From assembly GCA_025603075.1 (NCBI GenBank), contig MU626265.1, positions 1 through 64,000 of the forward strand: 64,000 nt of DNA, given 5' to 3'. Numbering within the stretch: the first letter of the stretch is position 1; each line of letters opens with the position of its first letter. The DNA comes from Neoconidiobolus thromboides FSU 785. Its lineage: Eukaryota; Fungi; Entomophthoromycota. Positions 41,127-52,547 of this stretch are shown here, in pieces. Under the pieces are notes generated by a model. The model ran no database searches. It saw only the letters and a list, made by a program, of their open reading frames with translations, and was not told the origin of the DNA. A program made the translations under genes and the position numbers.

Positions 41127-41232
41127 ATATGGGGATGTTTTTTTCTGTTTAAGAATTTTGTTAACAATTTTTCCACTCAAATAGTGTTTAAAAAAATGGA
41201 AAAATAATGAAATCAAAAAAACATCCCCGTAT
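41127..41232 (-). mobile_element. MITE family 1 copy
   Basis: ATAT-GGGGATG...ACATCCCC-GTAT. Confidence 0.9.
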
Positions 41233-41313
41233 GATGATACATTTATTATAGAAATCAATAGTTTATGATTTATTATATAAAAAATAAAACTATTTAAAAA
41301 AAAAAGTATTACT

Positions 41314-41420
41314 ATTTGGGGCTGTTTTTTTTGGCTTCATTACTTTTTCTATCTTTTAAGCACTATTTGAATGGAGAATTTGTTAGTAAAATTCTTAAAC
41401 ATAAAAATACATCCCCATTT
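41314..41420 (+). mobile_element. MITE family 1 copy with ATTT/ATTT direct flanks
   Basis: ATTT-GGGGCTG...ACATCCCC-ATTT. Confidence 0.92.
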
Positions 41421-41488
41421 ATTTAAATTAAATTAATATTTTCCATTTTTATTTAAAATATTCAAAAAAAGTTTAAACCATTTTAAAT

Positions 41489-41594
41489 ATATGGGAGTGT
41501 TTTTTTGGCTTCATTATTTTTTCCATCTTTTAAGCGCTATTTGAGCGGAAAATTTGTTAGTAAAATTCTTAAACACAAAAATACATCCCCATAT
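41489..41594 (+). mobile_element. MITE family 1 copy
   Basis: ATAT-GGGAGTG...ACATCCCC-ATAT; near-consensus interior. Confidence 0.92.
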
Positions 41595-42363
41595 ACTATA
41601 AACAAACATTACAAATTTATTAAAATCAGATAGCGATATTAACATGCTTTTTAATAGTTTTATTTTTGTTGTGTTCACAATGTTAGTTTGCAATATTTCG
41701 AAAAAGTAATAAGGAAAACCTTTACTTTAATTATAACTAAATAAAGATTCTTTCATAAAATATTAGAGTTTTCACTAAATATTTCATATTGCTTATCTAT
41801 GTAACATCAATTAGTTTTATACTTAAAATAATAACTATTAAAGAACGATTTATTGTAAACTTTACAATTTGAATTATATTTCATTTAAATCATCATTGAT
41901 ATAGGAATAACAATAAGCATTAATATATCATGTTAGTTTAAACTTAGATCTTAAAACTCTTAATAAGATAAAATTTATAACAGATGTAAAATCAAGGGTA
42001 GAATTTAGGCTGTAATAATAATGTTTTCATAGTAAATAATAATCAAATAGTATTTTTATTATAGAAGTATAAACCCAGAGAGGCTAGAATGGAGAAATTC
42101 TCGGGGTATTGTTAGAACACTAAAGTCACCTCCCTAGAAAATTATCCTTATTAAACAAGGAATAGTAATTATAGATAAATTAAAAACCATAATTAGAAAT
42201 TCGCTTTAATTTAACCGTTTTATCTTTTACTTTAAACCATAACAGCCTTTAATTATTTTAATAAATTGATGAAAAAGCATTTATGAAACATGGAAAAATA
42301 GAACAATGTATTCTTAAAACTAATTAATATACATTTTTATTGAATTATACAGTTAATCGAAAA

Positions 42364-43014
42364 TTAATATAAAGAAATAGGAAGGTGACAAAATAAGTCT
42401 TTAGCAATGTCAAGGTAATAATAATTAGTGTAGCTTAATTTCTTTTCTTTTAGTAATAAAAGAACTTTCCTAGTCATATTTCTTATGCGATGTAAGTAGT
42501 TTGGTAATTCTTCGTTTAGTTTAATATTAGGGGTGTAATGTAAAACTAGAAGGGCCATGATTAAGAGAGGGAGCATATGGTATGGCTCGTTACTATTTTT
42601 CTTTAGAAAATCCAAATCATGAGTACATATTATGGTAGTTATGTTTGTGTTAGGGATCAAATAAAATTTGTTAATAAGCATTTGATCCAAGGGACTTGTT
42701 CCAGTATAAATATCATCTTTAGATTGATAATATTTCATGTATGGGTAGATATCTCCAAATACTCGACAAAAGTATATGAACAAAGCATTAGATTTCCCTA
42801 GCTCGCTATTGATTTCGTTGTAGTAACTTAAAAGGATGTTGTGTCGTCTCTGGAAGTCATTATAGAGCTCATTTGTATAATCATAGGCCGGGTTTTTGGT
42901 ATCGACTTCACTTACGCAAATAATTTTTTTATCTGGCCGGGCCCAATTATCACTATCCTCTTCTCTTTTATAAGCTGTATTTGCCTTGGGCTCTAAGGCA
43001 GTAGTAGTACTCAT
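42364..43014 (-). CDS. Hypothetical protein, 216 aa
   Basis: Uninterrupted ATG-started ORF, long for such AT-rich DNA; no recognised domain. Confidence 0.55.
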   Translation of the reverse strand: MSTTTALEPKANTAYKREEDSDNWARPDKKIICVSEVDTKNPAYDYTNELYNDFQRRHNILLSYYNEINSELGKSNALFIYFCRVFGDIYPYMKYYQSKDDIYTGTSPLDQMLINKFYLIPNTNITTIICTHDLDFLKKNSNEPYHMLPLLIMALLVLHYTPNIKLNEELPNYLHRIRNMTRKVLLLLKEKKLSYTNYYYLDIAKDLFCHLPISLY

Positions 43015-45063
43015 ATAAATAAATAAAAAGTATAAAACAAAAGTTATAAAAAAGCGCTTTATATACCTGGGGTTGCCAATTCAATTATTTATATATTAAG
43101 AAAATCACATTTATAGCAGGATTTTTGTAGGCTAAATAGTTAAATTGGACAGGTTTACTATTTTTATTCGCACATAATTTGGCCTTCTAAGCAATATATT
43201 AATAAAAACTGTACTAAAATTCAATACAGAAGAAAGGGTAAATTGTCATACAACTCTGATTAAACTTACCTTAAATAGAGAGCAGCACTATATTAGTTCA
43301 GGTGTAAATCAAACTCGAATATTCAGATCAAAGCAACAGAAATATAACCTTATAGGAATAGAATTCAGATGTTGTAAAACCATACCAAATGGTATCAATT
43401 TAAGTTGATTCAAACCTTATTCTTTAACTAAATGTAAATAAAACTATTTGATGATGAAATAAACTTTGACTTAATTTATTAAATACATATTACTATTTGG
43501 GAGATTGAAGAGGCTTTTAGAGATAAAATCATCTTGAGCTTAATCTAAGATGTTTAATAGTATAAATAACAGCTAAAATTAAGCGTTACTATGATATAAA
43601 TACTAGAGGAATGTTTTAAAAGAACTGATTTGACCAAAATGGAAAGTGACGCTCAACCTTTTGCAAAAAATGATTAAATTTGACATTATTTGTACTATAT
43701 CGGTAATTAAAAGACAACCAATAAGCCTAAGGGGCAACCTTGTTTCTAAAAATGGGAATTTACGTGAATAATTTTAATGAATTGTTAAATTAAATTTAAA
43801 GAATTTTACTATTCAAACTATTTCTGGGATCATTAAACTAATAAACAAGTATAAAATAAATATAATAAACGGCTGTTGTTATTTTGAGCAATAGACAACA
43901 CTTATTAAGCTTTTATATTCATTTTCAAATAGTAAAGAAGTACATGAAGCGAATATAAATTATAAAAACTGATGTCTAGTAACTGCTTTATAAAATAAAG
44001 AATATATAAGTCTTCGCCTAAATTGCCAAAAGTATCATTTATCTCATGTTAATTTTGCAAAAAAATAGGCATGTTCATTTATGATCTAACTTATTGCTTT
44101 TATTTTCCCTATAACCATAGATATTCTGATTCCTTTAAAGGGGATTAATGAGCAAAAAATAATAATTAACTCAAATTTACTTTCTAAGGAGCCCGCGGTC
44201 TGGATGCACTGTAGGTGTTTTTCTTATAACTTCTCATTAAATAGAAATATTATTTTTTAAATCATATGATTTAAATATATTATCACGTACGTTAAATTGA
44301 TTAAAAAAGTGCCACTAAAGTAAATAAATTAAAAAGTATAGATACTTCTAAAAATAATTTAATAAGATAAAGCTCATGAAAAACTCCTTTTTGTAAGTAT
44401 TGTCAATAATACTTCATGTATTAAAGGCATTGCATCTTTGACTGAAAGTGTCTGGACTCTTTTTTAAATTTCTTAAAATTTATATAACAAACTTGATATC
44501 CATAAGAGTAAAATAAAATATTTTAAGTTCCTGTAATGATTTATTTACAACTGATGTTAAATAGATCCTTCCTTATCCTGGTTCTAAAATTAAATTTGAA
44601 ATAAAAAGAACTAATAAAGTAATATCCTAAACTCAAATTAATTAAAGCGTATATATTATAATGATAGATAAAAAAAATGAGTCATGGTATATATTTTAAA
44701 AAAATAAGTGAGTTTTTCGGTTTTTTCGTATGCTAAAAGTAACCTACTTTATTCAAATAATTGATAGACATTACAGAGCATTTACTATAACACATGGATT
44801 AACAAAACGCAAGAAAGGACTAAGACTTCAAAAGTAGTTTATTAATTGTGATTTAATATCGGTTAATAAGAAATAGGATTAATGCAAAAAACAAAAACAA
44901 ATCATCTGGTTCTTTTAATACATTAAAGTGATATATTTCATCCAGATTTAAAAAACTATATAAAATGCTTGATAAGTTTTTTTTTAGAAAGTTATGAAAA
45001 TTCCATAGCTGTTCAAAGCATTGTTTTAGAAACATTAGTTGATTGTATACGAATGCAATCTAT

Positions 45064-45165
45064 ATACAGGGATTTTTTTTTGGTTTCATCACTTTTTCCA
45101 TTTTTTAAGCGCTATTTGAGCGGAAAGATTGTTAGTAAAATCCTTAAAAAAATACACATTCATAT
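45064..45165 (+). mobile_element. MITE family 1 copy (eroded right end)
   Basis: Interior TTTAAGCGCTATTTGAGCGGAAAG is intact. Confidence 0.82.
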
Positions 45166-46169
45166 CTTATAACCTAGATTTAGCTTTATAGAGATACGAT
45201 CGTGTAAATTATTCATTAAATTTAAGTAATAAATAAACCACATTACTTTTAAACAAAGATAATTGCTTTGAGTATATCTATCAGGGCTATATTATAAATA
45301 ATTTTAAAGCTATAATAACTCTTAAAGTTAAGAAGTAATAGTAGAATCTTTAAATAGTATATTAAATCTTTAATCACATTGACTTATACTAAAAAAACTT
45401 ACTATTGTATGGAGAAATGCTATAACAATTAGCTATTTGAATAAAATGAATTTTTTTACATTAGAGTATAAGCTCTATAAGCTAAAAGATAAATGTAAAC
45501 TAACAAATAATAAAATTCTATAAATTCTCTGTACCCAAAATTTTCATAATAACAAATTAATTTCTTAAATATCATGTTATCGAAAGTACATTTTGTAAAA
45601 AGCGAGTCCAAGTTTAAATTAATTTAAAAAAACTATATAAAACCGAGCCCTCTAATTTGTATCCCTTCTTTTTCAACCAATAACTTTTCTAACAATTATT
45701 ATTTAGATCTTATACAAATATAACAACTATAATTTATTTTAAAGCTAAAAGTAGATGTTTAAAAGATGCAATATCAGTTTTTTTATAGTTCGAGTAACAA
45801 ATCCTAAATACAGGACTTTCCATCTCTACTCTCAGGTGCAATAATTAAAACATCCTTTCTGAATCTTAGATATAATGCTCTTTTTTTCAGATAAAGTTAG
45901 TGCTTTATCAAACACAAAAGTACGTTTAAAAAATCAAGATGTTCAATCAGGTTCTTTATACCTTTGGTTACTTCCAACAATAAACCATTTGGGAGTCTGA
46001 CTCCTTTAAAATATTAAAAAAAATGCAGTGTTAAAATAATTATAAAAACTGTTTTAAAATTCAATATTTTTTAATCTGTATAATAATATATATAACAATA
46101 ATTGTCTTAAAGAATATTAAGGTACTGCAAATATAGCTCTACATATTTTTTACACATGGAAATAGGAAC

Positions 46170-47326
46170 TTAAAGAAGCTTCCAGTTAAGCTCAGCTCCT
46201 GCTCTAAATGGTACAACACCTCGCTCAATACCTTCATCATCATTATATGTAAATTGCTGAGGCACTTTCGATGGCTCTTTGACTAAAGTCAAAGCCTCTT
46301 CATTACCTACCTCAATTTTATAGAATGCAGCACCAAATTTTGAGGTAAAGTCCTTTAATCGATCAAGCATATTTAATCTTTCAAATTGAGTTGCTAAATA
46401 AGGTAATAAATAAGGGCTAGTAAAAACACCTGCTGCACAAGGATCTGAGCCTTCCTTACGGTGTCTAGGATGTGGTGCAGAATCTGAGCCTAAGAAAAAT
46501 CGAGGGTGACCTTCTCTAATAACTTCTTGTAAAGCTAAACGATCGTGAGGGTATTTGGCTACTGGTTTACAATAATGGTGTGCAGCCCCTGCCCAATCAT
46601 CAACAATTAATTCAAGATGATGAGCAGTGATAGTACACCCTACAGTATCACCTAATTTTTTAACAACTTCAACAGCTGCTTTGGTAGTAGCATGTTCAAG
46701 AACAATACGTAACTTTGGAAACTGGGCATGGAGTTTCTCAAGGTGTTGTAAAAAACGTTCTTCAGCATTTAAAATGCAGGTACCTTTTTCTGGATCACTT
46801 GGAATTTCACCATGGAGATTTAATACCATATCTACTTCTTCCATAGCTCTAAATACTGGGTAATATGTTTCATAAGACTCAATACCAGAATCGCTATTAG
46901 TTGTTACGCCTCTTGGATATGACTTTACTCCTTTTTTATGTAGATATTATTAGTGAATAGAATTGAAATATTAAATATAAAATAAGCAGTCAAATTATTA
47001 CCAGCTATACCAGCTTTAGCAGCCTTTTTGATTTCTTCCGGAGTAAGTTCAGGAGACAAATACAAAGACATCAAATAGTTAATACTAGGGTCAATCTTTA
47101 CAAGTTTTTGCTTGTAATCTAAAGCTTCTTGAGTATTTTTGATAGGTGGTTGTAAATTGGGCTATAAAAGATTATAAAAAGTATGTGACAATTTTAAAAT
47201 AACTACCATAACAAAAACAGTGCCTACACCACCGCCTGATAATAGCGGAGTAACAAGTTCCATTAGTTTGCCTTGACGAAGGTGTACATGTAAGTCATTT
47301 ACCTTTGGTAATAAAATTCGGTTCAT
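46170..47326 (-). CDS. URA4: Dihydroorotase (type II), 3 exons
   Basis: Exons 47326-47207, 47161-47002, 46930-46170. Motifs DLHVHLRQG, MPNL, KSYPRGVTTNS, LHGE, LEHAT and FLGSDSAPH. Confidence 0.95.
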
Positions 47327-47871
47327 TTTTTTAATTTGCTAAAAAACAGGGCTTACTTTGGTGACTTCCTTATATTCAAGCTCTGTCCAATGAAATCAAT
47401 TTGATTCAATACAATTTTAATATAATTTTTTTTGCAAAATTGTAAAATGCCTATGGATATGGATAGGGTAAAGTTAAAATAAAATAAATATGAAATTTAT
47501 TTCATGTTTATTTTAGATTTAAACATCATTTATTTAATTAACAATAGCACTAAGTGAGCATTAACCAAGCTTTATTTCTTTTAATTATGATTTATCTAAT
47601 TTACCAATACCAAATATTCAGGATAAATATTATAAATTAAATTTTATCCTTTCATCAGCATATTGTTAGTATTAAGTTAGACTACAGAGTTGTTCCTTTT
47701 GACACGGAAATGATGTTTCGAGCAATAAACTGTGTATATTTTGAATAACCGTTATAGCAGCAATTGGTATATTCTTTGATTATTTGATAATTCAAATAAA
47801 GGGAAAAAAGTATAATTTGGAATAGAAGCCATTCTAATATAAAGATACATTCGATTTAATGGAAATGAGCA

Positions 47872-49707
47872 TTAAAAAACTATTCCATAATAACCTAATT
47901 TGTCTTCAAATACCTTGGGTAACTGAAACCTTGATATTACATTTGATAATTGAGTTAAAGCTTCTGAAGCATCCATACGATTTTTTCCAGAAGATTCAGC
48001 AATTGATTTTAACATAATAAGTAAAAATAAAGAATGTTGTTGACTTTGGATAATGATATTAGCATCAATCTCATAAAACCCAGACTCTGATAGATCGATA
48101 ATTGTAAAATAAACGTAAATAATGAATATAGAATGAAAATAAAAAGGTAATTGAAAATGAGACTCTTCTTTTTTTGTTTTAGGGAGCACCAGCTCCATAG
48201 TACACGTATTTTTAGATGGGGCATAAAACAGCTTAAATGTACTTAAATAATAAAATGTAACTAAATTAGCTGAGCAGAAAAGTAAGTTAATCTCTTCTTT
48301 TGAAAAAATAACCGGTTTGGGATAAACTAATACAAAAGGATAGTATAAAAATATTAAAACCAGTTGCAAAAGCATTTGTGTATGAACATTGATTCCAATA
48401 TCTGGTTCATTAATTATTGTTAAATCTAAAGTTTTAGTTGAGTTATTAATGTTTACTTTGAGTAATTCAGTTTCAAAGTGTAAATTTAATTGATACTTTT
48501 TTTCCAAGTTTAGCATTGAGGTCAAAATAACATAAAACTGGCTAGGTGGAAGCCTTAATTGTTCTAAAGTGATTGTAGCTAAATCATTGTTACTCATAGT
48601 AGAGTGTTTAACAGTTTGAATATGAGAAGTTATTTTTGAAAACACTTCAATTAATTCTTTGTTATATTCTCCAATGAATAATTTTTCTTGCCATTTATAA
48701 AACGGATAATTAGCCAAGTTTTCCTTATTTTTGGTTGCTACTAAATTTTTCGAGTAAAACTTAATATTGGAAAAATGAGCAGAATGACTCAATTGTGGAA
48801 GGTTGGTTGAAATGGTACTAAATATCATATAATAGAAGCTTAACACAGCCCATAATTTTTCTTTTACTTCTTTACTAATAGTTCCATTCTTAATGTCTAA
48901 CCTTTTATTACCTTGATCATATCCTAAAACCTGTGCCATTCGGATAGCTGAACTAAAATATACAATAGCAAGCTGGGACGAATAAGTAGTCAAACTTATA
49001 TGTGAAAGCATAATTAATGCGATTACATCTTCATAGGTAGGTGTGTTATAAGCAACAATTAACTCTTTACGGGCGTTTCTTACGCTATTTTTATACAAAA
49101 GATGGTAATTAGCGTTATCTTTTGGAGCAGTAAAACGAGCTAAAAAGGCTATAAAAGCATAAGATAAAGAGTTATGGTTCTTTTTAGTGATTATTTGAAA
49201 TAGTTGCTGTTTAGTGAGCAGTAAATTATACATATCAAAGGTTTGAATATATAATTTTAATCCATTTTTTAAAAAAATACCATAAGACTGAATATCAGGA
49301 CCTAAAGCTTGTGGTGGCTTTTTTTCAACTACAATATCATTATTATCATAAAATATAACAACCTTCTTTAAACTATTTATTATTTCACTTTCAAAACAAT
49401 GAAGTTGTTGTTCAACACAATGGTCGAGTATTGACTTCTCATGCTGGCTGTTTAGTATCCGAATGTATGAACAAATATATTTCAAATACGCATAGAATGG
49501 ATAAGATTGGCTTGGATTAACTAATTGAATTTTCTTAAACAACATCGTATATTTAACAGCTAAAGCTTCTAAAGCTTCTAATCTTGCCCTCTTTCTATCG
49601 ATATCACTTCTCACTTTTAAATTTACCAAATAACCCCTTGAATCTAAAGGATGTGATACTCTTAAAACTTGAACATTGCTTCTTTTATTTTGCGTCTGTT
49701 TCAACAT
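47872..49707 (-). CDS. Divergent fungal TF-like (MHR) protein, intronless, no Zn2Cys6 cluster
   Basis: 611-aa ORF. SYAFIAFLARFT, YNTPTYEDVIAL, AIRMAQVLGY and FLYYP align with family A. Confidence 0.8.
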   Translation of the reverse strand: MLKQTQNKRSNVQVLRVSHPLDSRGYLVNLKVRSDIDRKRARLEALEALAVKYTMLFKKIQLVNPSQSYPFYAYLKYICSYIRILNSQHEKSILDHCVEQQLHCFESEIINSLKKVVIFYDNNDIVVEKKPPQALGPDIQSYGIFLKNGLKLYIQTFDMYNLLLTKQQLFQIITKKNHNSLSYAFIAFLARFTAPKDNANYHLLYKNSVRNARKELIVAYNTPTYEDVIALIMLSHISLTTYSSQLAIVYFSSAIRMAQVLGYDQGNKRLDIKNGTISKEVKEKLWAVLSFYYMIFSTISTNLPQLSHSAHFSNIKFYSKNLVATKNKENLANYPFYKWQEKLFIGEYNKELIEVFSKITSHIQTVKHSTMSNNDLATITLEQLRLPPSQFYVILTSMLNLEKKYQLNLHFETELLKVNINNSTKTLDLTIINEPDIGINVHTQMLLQLVLIFLYYPFVLVYPKPVIFSKEEINLLFCSANLVTFYYLSTFKLFYAPSKNTCTMELVLPKTKKEESHFQLPFYFHSIFIIYVYFTIIDLSESGFYEIDANIIIQSQQHSLFLLIMLKSIAESSGKNRMDASEALTQLSNVISRFQLPKVFEDKLGYYGIVF

Positions 49708-50169
49708 GATCTTTAATAAAACAATGGAGTGTTATTATTACATTATAAATTGTTATATAGTTATATTTACTTACTTTTTCAATGGATAAGTTGCATTTGG
49801 TTTATAATTATCTAAAAATTTATTAAAACAAAAAATCAAATTTAGAGCAGTTTCACTTGTTTAATACGTTGAGTTTTAAATCTGGATCAAAATCATCTCT
49901 AAATCAAAATCTAAAGCTAGTCTAAAAATAATGCCTTAGTATCCTCTAACACTGTATTCAGTTTACTATCAATTATAACTGTTTCTAACTACATTGTGAG
50001 AACTTGTACAATAGCTAATAAATACTCAAATATATAAAGCATAAATTTAATGAGAAGAAATATTTATTTATTTTTGACCATAAATATTTAAATAAAACAA
50101 CAATAATTAAGCAAAGAAAGTCCTAGGTAGTGACAGTACTCCTACTATGCTTTGCAATATATTAAAAGC

Positions 50170-50701
50170 TTAGAAACCGTGAACTTTGATGCTGGCTTTA
50201 TCAGCAATCTTTTCACTAATCAAAAATTCACTAATTTTTACACGCTGATCACCTTGAAGTTGGATGACTTCTCCTAACTCCTCGTCAGTAGCAATGATTC
50301 CATTTGTAGAGAATACTTTCTTGAAATGTTTAAGAAGGCGTTTTAAATCAACTTGACTTGGTAACCCTTGAAGAGTGGTTAAAGTTTTACGACCGTTACG
50401 TTGTTGTATACGAATATCTATAATAAATGATTTAGTATACAATTCATAATTAATATATAATATAGTGGTATAGTGTCAGTGTAACTATGACTATAATAAT
50501 AGGAACATTGTAAATCGAGTTCAATAACTGATCTCAAAATTATTTACTACCAATTAAAATAATACTGTCATCACTCTATAATAGCCATAAATTAAATAAA
50601 CACTTACGGATATAATCAGGTTTGGTAGGAGTAGCAGATTCCTCTTGAAGGCCAGTGTCGGCAAAGGGATCGTAGGTAGCAAGGTTATTAATAGTTGACA
50701 T
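50170..50701 (-). CDS. SUI1: Translation initiation factor eIF1 (SUI1), 2 coding exons
   Basis: Exon 50701-50608 (MSTINNLATYDPFAD...DYI), 190-nt intron 50607-50418, exon 50417-50170 (HIRIQQRNGRKTLT...QLQGDQR...KVHGF). Confidence 0.95.
50469..50580 (-). ncRNA. Intronic box C/D snoRNA, snR63/SNORD46-type, guiding 2'-O-methylation in LSU rRNA helix 69
   Basis: C box GTGATGA (50574-50568), D box CTGA (50479-50476), terminal stem TATAG/CTATA. Guide AGTCATAGTTAC (50492-50481) is the exact complement of conserved LSU GUAACUAUGACU. Confidence 0.88.
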
Positions 50702-50704
50702 ACA
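50699..50704 (-). promoter_or_regulatory. Poor start-codon context of eIF1 (TGT ATG T)
   Basis: Pyrimidines at -3 and +4. Poor context is the known autoregulatory feature of eIF1 genes. Confidence 0.6.
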
Positions 50705-50838
50705 GATGCGGCTAGCTTTTTTTCTTGTAGTTAAGAGAAAGAACTACTTGTAAACAGGATAATAAAAATAGAGAATTAAAGAAAATAAAATTAGTTGATT
50801 GTTATTTTATACTTGAGGTATTCATAGGTTACTCAATT

Positions 50839-50945
50839 ATGACAAATCAGCTTATTGAAATCTAGAATTTCTAGCAAATTAAAAGGTTTTACCCTTGGGC
50901 AATTTAACCCCTCCCAACTTTGAAAATATTTTCATCATTTTCATG
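50839..50945 (-). ncRNA. Candidate box C/D snoRNA upstream of SUI1
   Basis: C box ATGATGA (50938-50932), D box CTGA (50850-50847), bulged terminal stem ATG-AAA/TTTGTCAT, internal hairpin GGTT-AAA-TTGCCC-AA-GGGTAA-AACC. Target not identified. Confidence 0.5.
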
Positions 50946-51408
50946 TTGAATTTTAACCAATCATTTATGTTACTGTCATATTTTGCTTAAAATTAGATCT
51001 TAGAAAGTACTTATAAAAACTAAGCAGTTGGCCTCATTTTTTTTAATTAAGTTATTTAAAGTGGCTATTTAAAACGTGAACTTATTAAAACTTGCCCAAA
51101 ATTATTGCTATCAAATTAATTTGGTGGCTGTCTTTAAACTTACTTTATAGTAGTAATGCTGTATAAAATCTGGGTTGTAGCAGCTAATCTGTAAAGCTAA
51201 ATATTAAATCATCTTCTTTGTTTCATTTATTTATCAGTTAATTAATAAAAAGACACTCCTGTAATATTATTAGTAACTTTTTGTAAAAAATAAATTTGGT
51301 TTCACAAAATGGTCAACTTTTAAATATTTGATATACTATATCAATCTATATACTCTAACCTTAACTTTAAGATAAACCTTGTATAACATTAGCTTTAGCT
51401 TAACAACC

Positions 51409-51514
51409 ATATGGGGATGTGTTTTTGTATTTAAGAATTTTACTGACAATTTTTCCACATAAATAGCGCTTAAAAAATGGAAAAATAATGAAACTAAAAA
51501 AAACAGCCCCATAT
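51409..51514 (-). mobile_element. MITE family 1 copy
   Basis: ATAT-GGGGATG...ACAGCCCC-ATAT. Confidence 0.92.
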
Positions 51515-51521
51515 ATCTAAC

Positions 51522-51625
51522 ATATGGGAATGTATTTTTCGTTTAAGAATTTTGCTAATAATCTTTCCACTCAAATAGTGCTTGAAAATGGAAAAAGTAA
51601 TGAAGGCAAAAAAACATCCCCATAT
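51522..51625 (-). mobile_element. MITE family 1 copy, 7 bp from the previous one
   Basis: ATAT-GGGAATG...ACATCCCC-ATAT. Confidence 0.9.
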
Positions 51626-51802
51626 TAGTAACTATCATTGATTCTATTTTTTAATTATTCAAAAATTTTGTAAGTGAATTTTGAATTGTCACAAGCTATA
51701 ACTCCAGTTAATGATGTTCAAATGATATCATAGTTGATTTTAAATTTTATAATTAGTTTGTAATAAAAATTTCTTTTTTATTTACTTTTTATCAACATAA
51801 TC

Positions 51803-52171
51803 ATGTCTCACCCAGCTGAAAATAATACTAGCCAACCACCGCTAGGCTCTAAAACTGAATCAATTCAACAACAGGTTAATGAAGTAGTCGGTATCATGCA
51901 AGATAATATTGATAAAGTAATGGAAAAGCAAGAACATTTGGAAAATTTGAATGATAAAGCCGAAAACTTAAACGAAAACGCAATGCACTTTAAACATGGG
52001 GCTAATAAAGTACGTAAAGCCATGTGGTGGAAAGATTTCAAAATTAAGATTATTATTGGCATTATAGTAGTTATTATTTTATTAATTGTCATACTTTCGA
52101 TTGTATTAAAAGACAAAGGAACTAACTCACCCTCAACAGATACCCCTACACCTTCCGCTTCTCTTTCTTAA
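51803..52171 (+). CDS. SNC1: Synaptobrevin/VAMP R-SNARE (SNC1/2-like)
   Basis: IQQQVNEVVGIMQDNIDKV...GANKVRKAMWWKDFK SNARE motif followed by a TM segment. The 0-layer position appears as K (EKQEHL) rather than the canonical ERGE. Confidence 0.85.
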   Translation: MSHPAENNTSQPPLGSKTESIQQQVNEVVGIMQDNIDKVMEKQEHLENLNDKAENLNENAMHFKHGANKVRKAMWWKDFKIKIIIGIIVVIILLIVILSIVLKDKGTNSPSTDTPTPSASLS

Positions 52172-52547
52172 TAGTTTTATTTATTTTATTATTTTAAAAG
52201 AATTAAAGCTTCAAAAGCAATATTTTTTTGTTTTAAGGCTGTTTGATTTATCATCGTCTTAAATTACTTGTTAATAAACTACTTGGTGAATAGGTTCACA
52301 AAGATTTTAAGTATGTTTGCTTTGAAACTAGAATCAACTATTGTTTCGCTTCACTTATCAAGTATTTGAACAGGATGTACAAATATATGTGTATAGTAAA
52401 ATCATCAGATTTGACTATTAAATAGGGTAAAAGTAACATTGTTCTAACCAATTGCCGACGAAACACGACCTCCAGTCATAGCCAAATGTAAGCTTAGTTA
52501 ATTTATAAATAACTATGCAGTATGTGAAAACTAGGCTAAAATAGGAC

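Noticed and set aside
40388-41594. Clustered ~100-bp repeats as a CRISPR or satellite array
   Set aside because: Units are too long, in mixed orientation, irregularly spaced and have TIRs and TSDs; there are no cas genes and the context is eukaryotic.
44185-44220. Short GC-rich patch GGAGCCCGCGGTCTGGATGCAC
   Set aside because: Too short; no match to riboswitch or RNA-gene motifs that I know.
45760-46000. Minus-strand DVLIIAPESRDGKS resembling a helicase P-loop
   Set aside because: Single imperfect motif amid stops with no other helicase motifs.
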